DNA of 63,752 bases, filler included, from Dehalococcoidia bacterium (lineage in GTDB: Bacteria > Chloroflexota > Dehalococcoidia > DSTF01 > JACRBR01), in assembly GCA_041494685.1 (NCBI GenBank). It is 4 parts of 4 records of this genome, joined end to end, with 100 filler letters (N's around TTAATTAATTAA, not from the genome) between each part and the next. Parts side by side here need not be neighbours in the genome. Positions count along the whole stretch, not along the records: positions 40,401 to 59,620 come from JBGQBE010000057.1; positions 59,721 to 63,752 come from JBGQBE010000076.1; 2 more parts are not named here. One strand, given 5' to 3'. A program made the position numbers and the translations under genes. The notes beneath the pieces were generated by a model. That model worked only from the letters and a program-made list of their open reading frames with translations. It made no database searches and was not told the DNA's origin. Shown one piece after another: positions 51,473-61,001 of the stretch (positions are counted from its first letter, which is position 1; each line of letters begins with the position of its first letter).

Positions 51473-51925
51473 TTAGTCAGCGACATACTCTCCCTTTTCC
51501 TCTCTAAACGCCGTCCCGCGGCCAGTCTGCTTGTCGAGCAGGATCATCTGCGCCGAGATCATTCGCAATATCTCCTCGCAGGCCTCGACCAGGGCGGCCT
51601 CGCGCTCCGCCGGGATCTTTCCGGAACGATGGAGCACGTCCAGCCAACCGATCGTCTCGTTGGCGGAGCCGCGTGCTATCGACAGGTGGTTGCGGTACGC
51701 GCCGGCCGCGAACCGGCCATGCCCCTCCGCGATGTTCGCACCGATGCTGCTGGATGACTTCACAAGCTGCTGCACCAACACATTCGTCGCGCGGTCGTTC
51801 GGCAGCGTGCCTACAATGTCCAGCACTGCCACCGTCAGATCCTGCGCCCTCTGCCACATCGCCAGATTCCTGAACGAGTACCTGTTCTTCGCCGGAGCCC
51901 CATCGCCCGTCGCGTCGGCGCACAT
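51473..51925 (-). CDS. Four-helix-bundle protein (23S rRNA intervening-sequence protein family)
   Basis: SFRNLAMWQRA, QLVKSSSSIGANIAEG, HLSIARGSANET; GGGAG RBS; lower GC. Confidence 0.92.
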   Translation of the reverse strand: MCADATGDGAPAKNRYSFRNLAMWQRAQDLTVAVLDIVGTLPNDRATNVLVQQLVKSSSSIGANIAEGHGRFAAGAYRNHLSIARGSANETIGWLDVLHRSGKIPAEREAALVEACEEILRMISAQMILLDKQTGRGTAFREEKGEYVAD

Positions 51926-51960
51926 ATCAGTCTCCCGCGTTTCTTCCCGCGCTTCCGCGC

Positions 51961-52020
51961 TCTGCTGTCTGTTGTCCGTTGTCTGCTGTCTGCTGTTGTC
52001 TGCTGTTTGCTGTTTGCTGT
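51961..52020. repeat. Heptamer array (TTGTCTG/CTGTTTG-like), inverted relative to 51328-51456
   Basis: About 8 degenerate units ending at the trpB2 stop codon. Confidence 0.88.
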
Positions 52021-53390
52021 CATGGTGCAGCCACCACCGGCACCTGCTTCATCGCTTCGGCGACCTGCGCCGCCGGGTAGGCGAAATCCTGGAGGTTGCC
52101 GGCGAGATAGTTGTCGTAGGCGGTCATGTCGAAGTAGCCATGGCCGCTGAGGTTGAACAGGATCACCTTCGCCTCGCCGGACTGCTTGCAGGCGAGCGCT
52201 TCGTCGATGGCGGCGCGGATGGCGTGCGCGCTCTCGGGCGCGGGCACGATCGCCTCGGTGCGGGCGAACTGGATCGCCGCCTCGAAGACGGTGTTCTGAT
52301 GGTAGGCGCGCGCCTCCATGTGGCCCTGGTTGTAGAGCTCGCAGATCAGGTTCGCCATGCCGTGGTAGCGCAGGCCGCCGGCGTGGATGCCCTCCGGGAT
52401 GAAGGTGTGGCCGAGGGTGTACATCTTGACGAGCGGCGTCATGCCGGCGGTGTCGCCGAAGTCGTAACGGTACTCGCCCCTGGTGAGCGACGGGCACGCC
52501 TCCGGCTCGGCGGCGATGAAGCGGGTCTTCTTACCGCCGACGAGCTTCTCGCGCATGAACGGGAAGGCCATGCCCGCGAAGTTCGAGCCGCCGCCGGCGC
52601 AGCCGATGACGACGTCCGGGTACTCGCCGGCCATCTCCATCTGCTTCAGGGCTTCCTGCCCGATGACGGTCTGGTGCATCAGCACGTGGTTGAGCACGCT
52701 GCCCAGCGAGTACTTCGTGTCGTCGCGCTTCACGGCGTCCTCAACGGCCTCGCTGATGGCGATGCCGAGGCTGCCGGGGTTGTCCGGCGTCGCGGCCAGG
52801 ATGGCGCGGCCGGCCTCGGTGTCGGGGCTGGGGCTGGCGACGACTTCGGCGCCGTAGAGCTGCATCATGCTGCGGCGGTAGGGCTTCTGATGGTACGAGA
52901 CTTTGACCATGTAGATCTTCAGCTCCATGCCGAAGAAGTTGCAGGCCATCGCCAGCGCCGTGCCCCACTGGCCGGCGCCGGTCTCGGTGGTGATGCGCTT
53001 CACGCCCTCCTGCTTGTTGTAGTACGCCTGGGCGACGGCGGTGTTCGGCTTGTGCGAGCCGACCGGCGACGCGCCCTCGTACTTGAAGTAGATGTGGGCG
53101 GGCGTGTCGAGCGCCCGTTCGAGCCGGCGGGCGCGGATCAGCGGCGTCGGCCTCCAGAGCTTGTAGACCTCGCGCACCTCGTCCGGGATCTCGATGTAGC
53201 GCTCGGTGGAGACCTCCTGCTTGATCAGCTCCATCGGGAAGAGCGGCGCCAGATCGGCGGGACCGATGGGCTGGTGCGTGCCGGGATGCAACGGCGGCGG
53301 CGGCGCCTTGGGCAGGTCCGCCGCGATGTTGTACCAGTGCGTCGGCATGTCGGTCTCGGACAGGTTGAACTTGGTGATGTCGTTGTTCAC
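52020..53390 (-). CDS. trpB2: TrpB-like PLP-dependent enzyme (TrpB2)
   Basis: [54 protein letters not shown]. Confidence 0.93.
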   Translation of the reverse strand: MNNDITKFNLSETDMPTHWYNIAADLPKAPPPPLHPGTHQPIGPADLAPLFPMELIKQEVSTERYIEIPDEVREVYKLWRPTPLIRARRLERALDTPAHIYFKYEGASPVGSHKPNTAVAQAYYNKQEGVKRITTETGAGQWGTALAMACNFFGMELKIYMVKVSYHQKPYRRSMMQLYGAEVVASPSPDTEAGRAILAATPDNPGSLGIAISEAVEDAVKRDDTKYSLGSVLNHVLMHQTVIGQEALKQMEMAGEYPDVVIGCAGGGSNFAGMAFPFMREKLVGGKKTRFIAAEPEACPSLTRGEYRYDFGDTAGMTPLVKMYTLGHTFIPEGIHAGGLRYHGMANLICELYNQGHMEARAYHQNTVFEAAIQFARTEAIVPAPESAHAIRAAIDEALACKQSGEAKVILFNLSGHGYFDMTAYDNYLAGNLQDFAYPAAQVAEAMKQVPVVAAP

Positions 53391-53512
53391 TGGGAATCCT
53401 CCTTGGCTATCGGCGTTCGGCCGTCAACTGCGTCGTCGTGCCGCCTGCGATGACGCAGGCCCGAAGGGCGGACAGGTCTGAAGAGCTGTCCCTACGGATC
53501 TGGGTCGCGGGC

Positions 53513-53810
53513 AAAACAAAAAGCTCACGCCCACTGAGGGGCGAGAGCTTGTCTCGCGGTACCACCCTGCATCGCCCGGCGCCGCACGCCGGACATCTCT
53601 GCTCCGCACGGGCCACGCGGGCCGATGCGGCGGGCCGTGGTAACGGTGCCCATCCCGTCGGAGACTACTGCCCCGCCTGAGCGAGGGTTCGGTCCGAGGC
53701 TCCCAGGTCCATTCGGTCTGTCGCGCGGCCGCCGGCTTTCACCTGACCCGGCTCTCTTATCGGCCCGCCTGCCGGACGTACTAGCCCTGATCGTCGCCGA
53801 TCCGTATCGA
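53513..53810 (-). promoter_or_regulatory. T-box riboswitch with Trp (UGG) specifier and intrinsic terminator
   Basis: Minus strand: AGUA, AGAGAG..GGUGAAAG stem I motifs; GAA-UGG-A specifier (53709-53711); T-box AGGGUGGUACCGCG (53555-53568); terminator AAGCUCUCGCCC..GGGCGUGAGCUU plus U tract (53513-53550). Confidence 0.92.
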
Positions 53811-53819
53811 AGTGGTGGC

Positions 53820-53849
53820 AGCGTAGCCCCGCGCGGGCGAGGGTGTCAA
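53820..53849 (-). promoter_or_regulatory. Promoter of the T-box leader
   Basis: TTGACA-18 nt-TACGCT on the minus strand. Confidence 0.6.
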
Positions 53850-53874
53850 GCGGCGACGACAACGCGCGCTGCCG

Positions 53875-56571
53875 CTACTCCTCCTCCCGCCGGAACCGCA
53901 GCGTCACGATCTCGTTCGGACGGGCGGCGATGGCGGCGCCCTGGCGGACGCGCGGCACGTCCGCCTCGTCGTCTTCGTTCAGGTTCGTCAGCGAGACGCT
54001 GCCGCGCGCGGGCGGCACGTCGACGAAGGTATCGGCCTCGCCGTCCATGATGTTGTAGACGCGGACGATGACGCCATCCCCGTCCTCGGCGCGCTTGATG
54101 CCGGAGACCGGGAAGGCGGGCGACGGCACCTTGACGAGCTGGTCCTTCGCGGGCATGTGGCCGAGGCCACGGCGGTTGTAGCGCGCGCGCATCGGGCGCA
54201 GCGCCTGCACGGCGAGCACGTGCGCGGCCGCGTCGGCCCAGGTACCCGCGTGCGGGATGATGCTGTACTCCAACACGTTGCGGCCGTGGAGCTGCGCGCC
54301 GGGCGTGCGCAGCTCGGGCCCGGCGCCGCCGCGGCGCGTGTAGATGTCGGAGCGGGAGAGCCAGCCGACGCAGCGCAGCAGCGTCAGGGCGATGGTGGCA
54401 CCGTCGGGCGTGTCCAGCACCTCGTACTCCGGCAGGCCGCGGTTCGCGATGGTGAGGCCGAACTCGCCGTCATCGACGCTGACGAAGGCCTTCTGCGGGT
54501 AGGTGCCGAGCGGCTGCTCCATCCACGTCGCGGGGTCCCACCGCGGCAGGGCGATCGGCCGCTGCACGACGCCGAAGTGCTGGTCGGCCTTCGAGACGCC
54601 CGTCGTGATACCGGACGGAAAGTGCGCGCGGAGGCGGTGGTCCTCGGCGGCGTTGAAGACGACGGTCTGCACGTCGGCGCGCGGTACGCCGTCGGTCAGC
54701 GTGACCGTGGTGACGATGCGCTCGTCGCAGGTGGCGGCGCTGCGCGACGCGCGGTCGGCTGCGAGGCCGGCGGGCAGCGCGTACGTCAGCTCGACGGTCA
54801 GCGCGTGCACGCCGGCGCCGTGCTCGACGCGGATCTTCGGCTGCGCGGCCGGGCGATCGACAAGCGTGTCGGTCTCCGGGGCGCAGAAGTTGTACTCGTC
54901 GCCGCGGTCGCCGCCATCGACGAAGCGGTTGAGGCCGGCGTGGGCGCGGCCCGTGCGCTTGTCGAGCACCTTCAGCGTGCCGTCCGCGGGGTCCGCCTCG
55001 ACGAAGAGGAACTCGTTCTCGATCATGCGGCCGTTGTTGGTCAGCGGGGCGAGCGGCTCGCCCGACTGGAGGCGGTAGATCTTGTAGCCGTAGCCCGGCA
55101 CGTCCGCCGCGACGAAGCCGATCTCCGCGCGGGCGCGGTCGAAGCCGGAGGGCGCGCCTTCGGGCAGCGTGATGTACGACGTCTGGCCGACCTGGCGCAC
55201 GTCGACGCGCTCGCCGTCCGGGCCGACGGCGGCGACGAAGGGCGACTGGTCGTTCCACGGCACGGCGGCGGTGACGTAGCCGGTCGCGGGCTGGGGCGTC
55301 GGGTTGAAGACCGAGATCGTGCCCATCGGGTCGTCCGGCCCGAGCGCGCCGATGATACGCAGCGACTGGCGCACCATCTCCTCGCCGATCTGGCGCACCC
55401 ACTCGTAGCGCTGGCGCATCTCTTCGTGGACGCCATCGACGGAGCAGCCGCAGATCGAGTCGTGCGGCTGGTTCTCCAGCAGGTGGCGCCAGGCACGGTC
55501 GATCAGCGCGGAGATCGAGGCCTCGGACGTGGGGAAGGGCATGTGGGCGGTGGTGGGCGGCAGCGGCTCGTGCCACTCCGGGCCCACCTGCTTCTTCACG
55601 ATGTCGGCCCACGTGCTGAAGGGTTCGGCCCAGTGCGCGAGCAGGTCCTCGCACTCCTGGTTCGACTGCTTGATCCACATGCGGGCGGAGAGCACGCCGG
55701 GCAGCAGGTGGGCGCGCTGGCCGCTGCGGAACTCGCCGTCGTGGCGCGGCCAGTCGCGGGCACGGTCGCCCATGTAGTCGCGGATGGCGTCGAAGACCTG
55801 GGGCAGCGAGCTGTGCTGAAGCACGGCGCCCTCGATCTCCATGTTGGCGGTGCGGATGAGCTCGGGCAGCTCCGGCTGGGGCGGCAGGTGGTCGCTGCCG
55901 TTCATCACGAGCACGTAGGGCGTGGTGGCGAGCGGCTCCAGGTCGTCGCGGACGGACTGGATGCGGGCCATCAGCGCCTTCGGGTTACGCGGCAGGGTCG
56001 CGCCGCTGCCGTAGCCCTTGGGCTTGTGGATCGTCAGCACCTCGCTGCCGTCAGGCGAGCGCCAGAAGAACTCGGTGGTCTTGAGCGAGTCGTCGGCGCC
56101 GCGCCACATGGTGGCGTTCTCGATGCCGAAGCCGCGGAGGATGGCGGGCATGTGGGCGATCTGGCCGAAGGGGTCGGGGATGTAACCGACTTTCATCACG
56201 GGGCCGAACAGCTTCGCGACGCGGTGGCCGCGCAAGAAGTTGCGGACGAGCGCCTCGCCGCCGGGCAGCGCCTCGTCCGGGATGATGTACCAGGGGCCGA
56301 TCAGCAGCTTGCCCTGCTGGACGGCGCGCTCGACGTCCTCGAAGCGGTCGGGGCGCACTTCCAGGTAGTCCTCGATCGGGATCGTGTGGCCGTCGAGCAT
56401 GAAGTGCTTGTACTCGGGGTCGCTGTCGAAGATATCGAGCAGCATGTCCATGAGGCCGACGAGTCGGACGCGGAACGACTGGTAGGCGAGGTACCACTCG
56501 CGGTCCCAGTGCGTGTGCGAGATCACCATCAGCTGGCGCTTGTCTTTGGGTTTCGAAGAGAAGAGCGGCAT
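53875..56571 (-). CDS. Glycoside hydrolase family 38 alpha-mannosidase
   Basis: SHTHWDREWY, LDG, IGPWY, PDPFG, NQPHDSICGCSVD, TLLRCVG. Confidence 0.93.
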   Translation of the reverse strand: MPLFSSKPKDKRQLMVISHTHWDREWYLAYQSFRVRLVGLMDMLLDIFDSDPEYKHFMLDGHTIPIEDYLEVRPDRFEDVERAVQQGKLLIGPWYIIPDEALPGGEALVRNFLRGHRVAKLFGPVMKVGYIPDPFGQIAHMPAILRGFGIENATMWRGADDSLKTTEFFWRSPDGSEVLTIHKPKGYGSGATLPRNPKALMARIQSVRDDLEPLATTPYVLVMNGSDHLPPQPELPELIRTANMEIEGAVLQHSSLPQVFDAIRDYMGDRARDWPRHDGEFRSGQRAHLLPGVLSARMWIKQSNQECEDLLAHWAEPFSTWADIVKKQVGPEWHEPLPPTTAHMPFPTSEASISALIDRAWRHLLENQPHDSICGCSVDGVHEEMRQRYEWVRQIGEEMVRQSLRIIGALGPDDPMGTISVFNPTPQPATGYVTAAVPWNDQSPFVAAVGPDGERVDVRQVGQTSYITLPEGAPSGFDRARAEIGFVAADVPGYGYKIYRLQSGEPLAPLTNNGRMIENEFLFVEADPADGTLKVLDKRTGRAHAGLNRFVDGGDRGDEYNFCAPETDTLVDRPAAQPKIRVEHGAGVHALTVELTYALPAGLAADRASRSAATCDERIVTTVTLTDGVPRADVQTVVFNAAEDHRLRAHFPSGITTGVSKADQHFGVVQRPIALPRWDPATWMEQPLGTYPQKAFVSVDDGEFGLTIANRGLPEYEVLDTPDGATIALTLLRCVGWLSRSDIYTRRGGAGPELRTPGAQLHGRNVLEYSIIPHAGTWADAAAHVLAVQALRPMRARYNRRGLGHMPAKDQLVKVPSPAFPVSGIKRAEDGDGVIVRVYNIMDGEADTFVDVPPARGSVSLTNLNEDDEADVPRVRQGAAIAARPNEIVTLRFRREEE

Positions 56572-56581
56572 GAGGGACCTC

Positions 56582-56609
56582 AGAACCTGGAACTTAGAAC
56601 CTAGAACCT
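56582..56609. repeat. Heptamer block, 27/28 identical to the reverse complement of 32458-32485
   Basis: agaacct ggaactt agaacct agaacct. Confidence 0.85.
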
Positions 56610-56674
56610 AGGGGCTGAACCGCGGGTCATGGGCGATGGTAGCGGTTGCGGGGGCAACGTGCGACCGGCGGCGG

Positions 56675-57190
56675 TCATTCGTAGCGCATCAGGGCGCGGA
56701 TGTCGTAGTCCTGCAGGTGGGCGCGGCCACCCAGCGGCGCCAACTCCACGAGGAAGAGCAGGCCTTCGACCGTGGCGCCGAGAAGCTCGACGAGCTTGCA
56801 GGCGGCGCGGGCGGTGCCGCCGGTGGCGAGCAGGTCGTCGACGACGACGACGCGGTCGCCGGGGTTCAGCGCGTCGGCGTGGATATCGAGCTGGGAGCTG
56901 CCGTACTCGAGCGAGTACTCGACGGACATGCGGGCGGCGGGCAGCTTGCCGGGCTTGCGGACCGGCACGAACGGCAGCCCGAGACGCGCGGCGACGGGCA
57001 CGCCGAAGAGGAAGCCGCGCGACTCGATGCCGACGATGACGTCGACACGGCGCGAGGCGACGTAGTCCGCCATCCGGTCGAGGGCGAAGCCGAGTGCGGC
57101 GGGCTCGCGCAGCAGCGGCGTGATGTCGCGGAAGAGGATGCCGGGCTGCGGGAAGTCCGGCACGTCGCGGATGTACTGCCTGAGGTCCAT
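56675..57190 (-). CDS. apt: Adenine phosphoribosyltransferase
   Basis: PDFPQPGILFRDIT, ESRGF, RKPGKLP, VDDLLATGGT. Confidence 0.96.
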   Translation of the reverse strand: MDLRQYIRDVPDFPQPGILFRDITPLLREPAALGFALDRMADYVASRRVDVIVGIESRGFLFGVPVAARLGLPFVPVRKPGKLPAARMSVEYSLEYGSSQLDIHADALNPGDRVVVVDDLLATGGTARAACKLVELLGATVEGLLFLVELAPLGGRAHLQDYDIRALMRYE

Positions 57191-57390
57191 CGGGCTTCGC
57201 CCTTTCGGGTGCGGCGGATTGCTGCGCGCAGTATGGCTCGCAGCCAGCCGTAGCAGTGCAGCGAGCCTGCGCCAACTTCCATGTGCGCGTGATGCGCGAA
57301 ATGGCCCAGTAATGCCTCGCTTAAGCGATATTCTCCCGCTTGCAAGGCCCAGGTATACTCGTTAGTATCTGCTGCATTCAGCGAGGCGGC

Positions 57391-57621
57391 ATGGACGACA
57401 CACGGGGTGAGCTGACGCAGCGTGAAATCAACGTCTTACGGTTCCTCGCCTACGGCATGAGCCACAAGGAGATCGCTGAGCGGCTTCAGATCGCATCGTC
57501 CACTGTGAGCAACCATGTCGGCGCGATCCTTCTGAAGCTACGTGCACACAACGCCACCCAAGCCGTTGCTATTGCGATACGTGATGGCCTCATCGAATCC
57601 CCTCGCGGCGAGAGCGAATAA
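57391..57621 (+). CDS. Stand-alone LuxR-type HTH regulator
   Basis: LTQREINVL..LAYGMSHKEIAERL..TVSNHV..IL.KL. Confidence 0.88.
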   Translation: MDDTRGELTQREINVLRFLAYGMSHKEIAERLQIASSTVSNHVGAILLKLRAHNATQAVAIAIRDGLIESPRGESE

Positions 57622-57751
57622 CGGGCTCCCGAACTTGGCGTAGGTAGAAATCGCCAGTTAGTTCTGCTCTACCTGACTTTGAGCCAGTGTCGCATGCTGA
57701 TGTCCGCGGACGCACCGGCGGTCGCACTCGTCGAGAAGATAGGAGGCAGTG

Positions 57752-58222
57752 ATGGTATTCCGGCCGGCAATTCTGGCCGTCGTTGTGGCGGTGATCGCGT
57801 TGGCCGCCGTATCGGGCCCGACGGGCTCGATGAGAGTAGCTCATGCATCCGTGCTCACGCCTGCCCACTGTGACCCAGATCCGAAATACTACTGCAGCCG
57901 CGTGGAGTTCGATCGGGTAACCGGCGGCTTCATAATCCGAACGTATCAACACAGAGGTGCGACGGATGGCGGTGCGCAGAGATGGCAGCGTAACTATGTG
58001 CAGGAGAGCGCGTACCCGAGTGGCACCTTTCTCCATAACGTGCCGGAGACGAGCTGGAGCACCAACGAGTTTCTGCCGAGTTCGTACACGTCGGTGTCCC
58101 GCGGCGTTACCTACTATCAGCACATCAACGTCCACTTCGGCTTCCAGTACTACGAATGCACTCCAGACGCAGGATGTTATTACTGGTGGGGCGATACCGA
58201 TCAGATCATGCTAGCCGTCTAG
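57752..58222 (+). CDS. Secreted hypothetical protein (lower GC)
   Basis: AGGAGG RBS; signal peptide-like N-terminus; two Cys pairs; aromatic-rich. Confidence 0.7.
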   Translation: MVFRPAILAVVVAVIALAAVSGPTGSMRVAHASVLTPAHCDPDPKYYCSRVEFDRVTGGFIIRTYQHRGATDGGAQRWQRNYVQESAYPSGTFLHNVPETSWSTNEFLPSSYTSVSRGVTYYQHINVHFGFQYYECTPDAGCYYWWGDTDQIMLAV

Positions 58223-58236
58223 CACGGAGTAATGCC

Positions 58237-58884
58237 ATGAAACTCAATCGCAATCACGCTGTATTCATAGGCACTTTGGCGGCGCTCGCGATCGGCGCGG
58301 CCATCTGGGCGATGATCCCCACTTCAGGTGCTTCCGGTAGCCGGGTTCCGCAGGCGTGGCCCGCATTTGACATGACGTACAAGATCACCGCTCACCTCGA
58401 CACTGGAACAGGCCAGCGCAGCTACCAGGTGTGGCAACTGCGCTACGACAGCGATTCATCGTGGGAGCAGCAGCTTGTAGGAGACACAGAATATCCCGCC
58501 AGAGTCGGATCAGTTCAGTCGTTCGATGGCACGACGCGTCGGTATTACAACGCGCTGGCCAATACTACGCGGGAGGACAAATCAACCGACGGGACGCTTA
58601 CTGCGCCCGGCGAGTGGTTCGTCCCACGATCGAGGGCCGTTCTGTTGAAGAAGGGCTACGTCGCCACGGATTCCGCAGGCAACACCTATCACAAAGCAGA
58701 CCGAGTCGCGTGCCCAACCGAACTGGATGGCAATAGCGGACAGATCGCTTGTGGCTCTGACGGTCGTGTAGAGATGGACACCGACATCACGCTGGACGAG
58801 CATGGAGTCCCGCTTCGCGTCGAGACTTCCGTCGCGGGCACACCGACATCTAGCTTCGAAGCATTGGATTTTCACGCGCGGTAG
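58237..58884 (+). CDS. Membrane-anchored or secreted hypothetical protein (lower GC)
   Basis: GGAG RBS; start MKLNRNH; N-terminal TM; beta-rich body with a Cys pair. Confidence 0.7.
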   Translation: MKLNRNHAVFIGTLAALAIGAAIWAMIPTSGASGSRVPQAWPAFDMTYKITAHLDTGTGQRSYQVWQLRYDSDSSWEQQLVGDTEYPARVGSVQSFDGTTRRYYNALANTTREDKSTDGTLTAPGEWFVPRSRAVLLKKGYVATDSAGNTYHKADRVACPTELDGNSGQIACGSDGRVEMDTDITLDEHGVPLRVETSVAGTPTSSFEALDFHAR

Positions 58885-58920
58885 TTTGCGACGCGCGCTG
58901 GCGTAGCAGATTCCAGGATT

Positions 58921-58950
58921 TGTGCCCCCTGTCAGTACGCAGGGGGCACA
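58921..58950 (+). terminator. Hairpin after the secreted-protein pair
   Basis: tgtgccccctg-8 nt-cagggggcaca. Confidence 0.55.
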
Positions 58951-59114
58951 CTACTTACCCACATCCCGGGATTTCCGCTCCCTTGATCAATAGACCGCCA
59001 ACCTCATCGGGCCCGCGGCACTTGGTCCGGGGATCGACCGAACCGGCTATCGAGGGTGCGCTGGCCGATGCAGGTCAACCGGCTTCCGATCGTCTGGCGT
59101 CGGTGCGCGCTACG

Positions 59115-59618
59115 CTAGAGTCCACGGAACTCCCGGGTGTCGTCGCCGAGGGGGACGAGGGCGTGCGTCACGTCGGCGCCGTTGATCGCCAGGCGCAGCG
59201 TGGCAGCGCCGCGGATGCGGACCGGCGCGATCTCGCCCCCGGCCTCGACCTCGACGGCACCCGTGGCTTCATCGACGGTGACGCGGCCGAAGCCGAAGGC
59301 GTCGCACTCGACGGTGACGTCCGGGGTCTCGAGCCAGAGCGGCGCTTCCTCGTCGGAGGGGTTCACGACGACGTAGCGGCGGCTATCGGCGTCGGCGCAG
59401 AGCCACTTCGGCGTCGTGCCGGCCATCAGCTTCGCGCCGCCCAGCTCGATCAGCGCGTCGCGGGACTGGAGCCACTGCGGGCCGCCGCCGTCGAGCGCGC
59501 CGCCGCGCGCCATGGGCGGCACGTGCGGCGCGCCGTCGAGCACACGCGCGAGCGGGCGCATGTCGCGCAGGCTGTAGCGCAGCGTGACGCTGCCGCCGTC
59601 GCTGGCGTAGGCGATCTC
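59115..59618 (-). CDS. Hypothetical protein, C-terminal fragment
   Basis: Frame open to the gap; host-like codon usage. Confidence 0.55.
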   Translation of the reverse strand, partial: EIAYASDGGSVTLRYSLRDMRPLARVLDGAPHVPPMARGGALDGGGPQWLQSRDALIELGGAKLMAGTTPKWLCADADSRRYVVVNPSDEEAPLWLETPDVTVECDAFGFGRVTVDEATGAVEVEAGGEIAPVRIRGAATLRLAINGADVTHALVPLGDDTREFRGL

Positions 59619-59620
59619 GC

Positions 59621-59720
59621 NNNNNNNNNNNNNNNNNNNNNNNNNNNNNNNNNNNNNNNNNNNNTTAATTAATTAANNNNNNNNNNNNNNNNNNNNNNNN
59701 NNNNNNNNNNNNNNNNNNNN
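59621..59720. other. Artificial contig linker
   Basis: Ns plus TTAATTAATTAA. Confidence 0.97.
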
Positions 59721-59819
59721 CGCCATCGCCGCCATGGTCTGGCTCGGCTGGAAGGCGAACATAGACGGGTGAGGGAGCCGGTCAGCTGGTCCGCTGGTCA
59801 GCTTGGTCGGGAGATGCGG

Positions 59820-61001
59820 TTAAGCCAGGATCAGCGGGATGAGGATCTCGTCGCGGTGGATGCCGCCGTGGACGCCGCGCAGCCGATCCTCCGGCCTGTA
59901 CAGCAGCACCGACGCCGCGTCCGCGATCGCCACATAGTCGCCGATGCGCGCGCGGGTCTCGGCCGTCAGCGCCACCGGTCCGAAGAGGGCCAGCTGCTCC
60001 GCCTCGTCCGTCGTCAGCAGCACAAAGTGCTCGCCGTAGCACGCCCGGAACGCCCGCTCGAACTCGGCGGCGCGGCCGTCGCGTACGTGGAACATCAGCA
60101 CGCGCGGGTCGCCCGCCGGCGGAAAGCGCAGCGCCGCCATCACGTCGCCGCCATCCTCGATCAGCAGCGCCTCGTCCGGGTCGACGCTGATCTGCCCGTG
60201 GTCCGCCGTCAGGATGATCCGCGCGTCCGCCGGCAGCCGCTCGCGCAGCGCCGCGATCGCCGCGTCCACCGCCGCCAGCGCGCCCAGCGTCTGAGGCGAG
60301 CGTGTACCGTACTCGTGCTGCGCGACGTCGACGTGGGGGACGTACACGTAGCTGTACGCGGGCTCGCGCACCGCCGCGTCGTGCCGGGCGATCGCCTCGA
60401 CGGCCGCGTCCAGCGAGTCGTAGGGATGCTCCTGCGCGCCGCCGTTGAAGTAGCGCGTGTAGACGCTGCCGGAAATCGGCCGCGGCACGAACGCGGCGGT
60501 GCGGCGCGTGAAGCGCGCCATCACGGACGGTACGGGCAGCGCCGATTCGCTGTCGATGTCTGACAGAGGCCGCTTTGTGAAGCGGTCGATGTACGGCAGG
60601 ATGGTGGCGGTGACGCCTTCTCGCGGCAGGTGCAGGAACCAGCCGACCACCGCGTGCTCCGCCGGCCAGCTGGCCGTAGCGATCGACGTCAGCGCCGCCG
60701 GCGTGCCGGACGGGAACACCGACTGCAGCTCCATCGCGACGTGGCGGTGCAGGAACGAGTTCGCCGGCAGCGTATCGATGAGGTGCATGCCGAGGCCGTC
60801 GACCAGTACGAAGACGACGTGCCGCGCGCCGCCGCCGATCGTTTCGCCGATGCGGCGTGCGTTCGGCGTCGTCGTCACGCCCGGTGCTCCGCCGATCGCC
60901 GCGAGCGCCCGCGCGAAGTCGACAGTGTTCGCCGCGTCGGCGTCAGGCCGCACGAGGCCGCCGGCGCCGCACCAGTCGAGCAGGCGCGGCACTTCGCTCA
61001 C
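59820..61001 (-). CDS. Alkaline phosphatase superfamily (nucleotide pyrophosphatase/phosphodiesterase-like)
   Basis: GTG start overlapping the DinB stop; VLVDGLG, SVFPSGT, DVAQH, TADHG, GVHGG. Confidence 0.85.
   Translation of the reverse strand: MSEVPRLLDWCGAGGLVRPDADAANTVDFARALAAIGGAPGVTTTPNARRIGETIGGGARHVVFVLVDGLGMHLIDTLPANSFLHRHVAMELQSVFPSGTPAALTSIATASWPAEHAVVGWFLHLPREGVTATILPYIDRFTKRPLSDIDSESALPVPSVMARFTRRTAAFVPRPISGSVYTRYFNGGAQEHPYDSLDAAVEAIARHDAAVREPAYSYVYVPHVDVAQHEYGTRSPQTLGALAAVDAAIAALRERLPADARIILTADHGQISVDPDEALLIEDGGDVMAALRFPPAGDPRVLMFHVRDGRAAEFERAFRACYGEHFVLLTTDEAEQLALFGPVALTAETRARIGDYVAIADAASVLLYRPEDRLRGVHGGIHRDEILIPLILA

Noticed and set aside
51473..51925. Diversity-generating retroelement (Avd-like gene)
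   Set aside because: No reverse transcriptase and no template/variable repeat pair differing at adenines was seen in the window
51531..53453. Long antisense or alternate-frame ORFs (also 7538-10099, 54157-56604, 18317-20194 and others)
   Set aside because: Shadow ORFs of high-GC coding sequence opposite clearly recognisable genes; no motifs or RBS support
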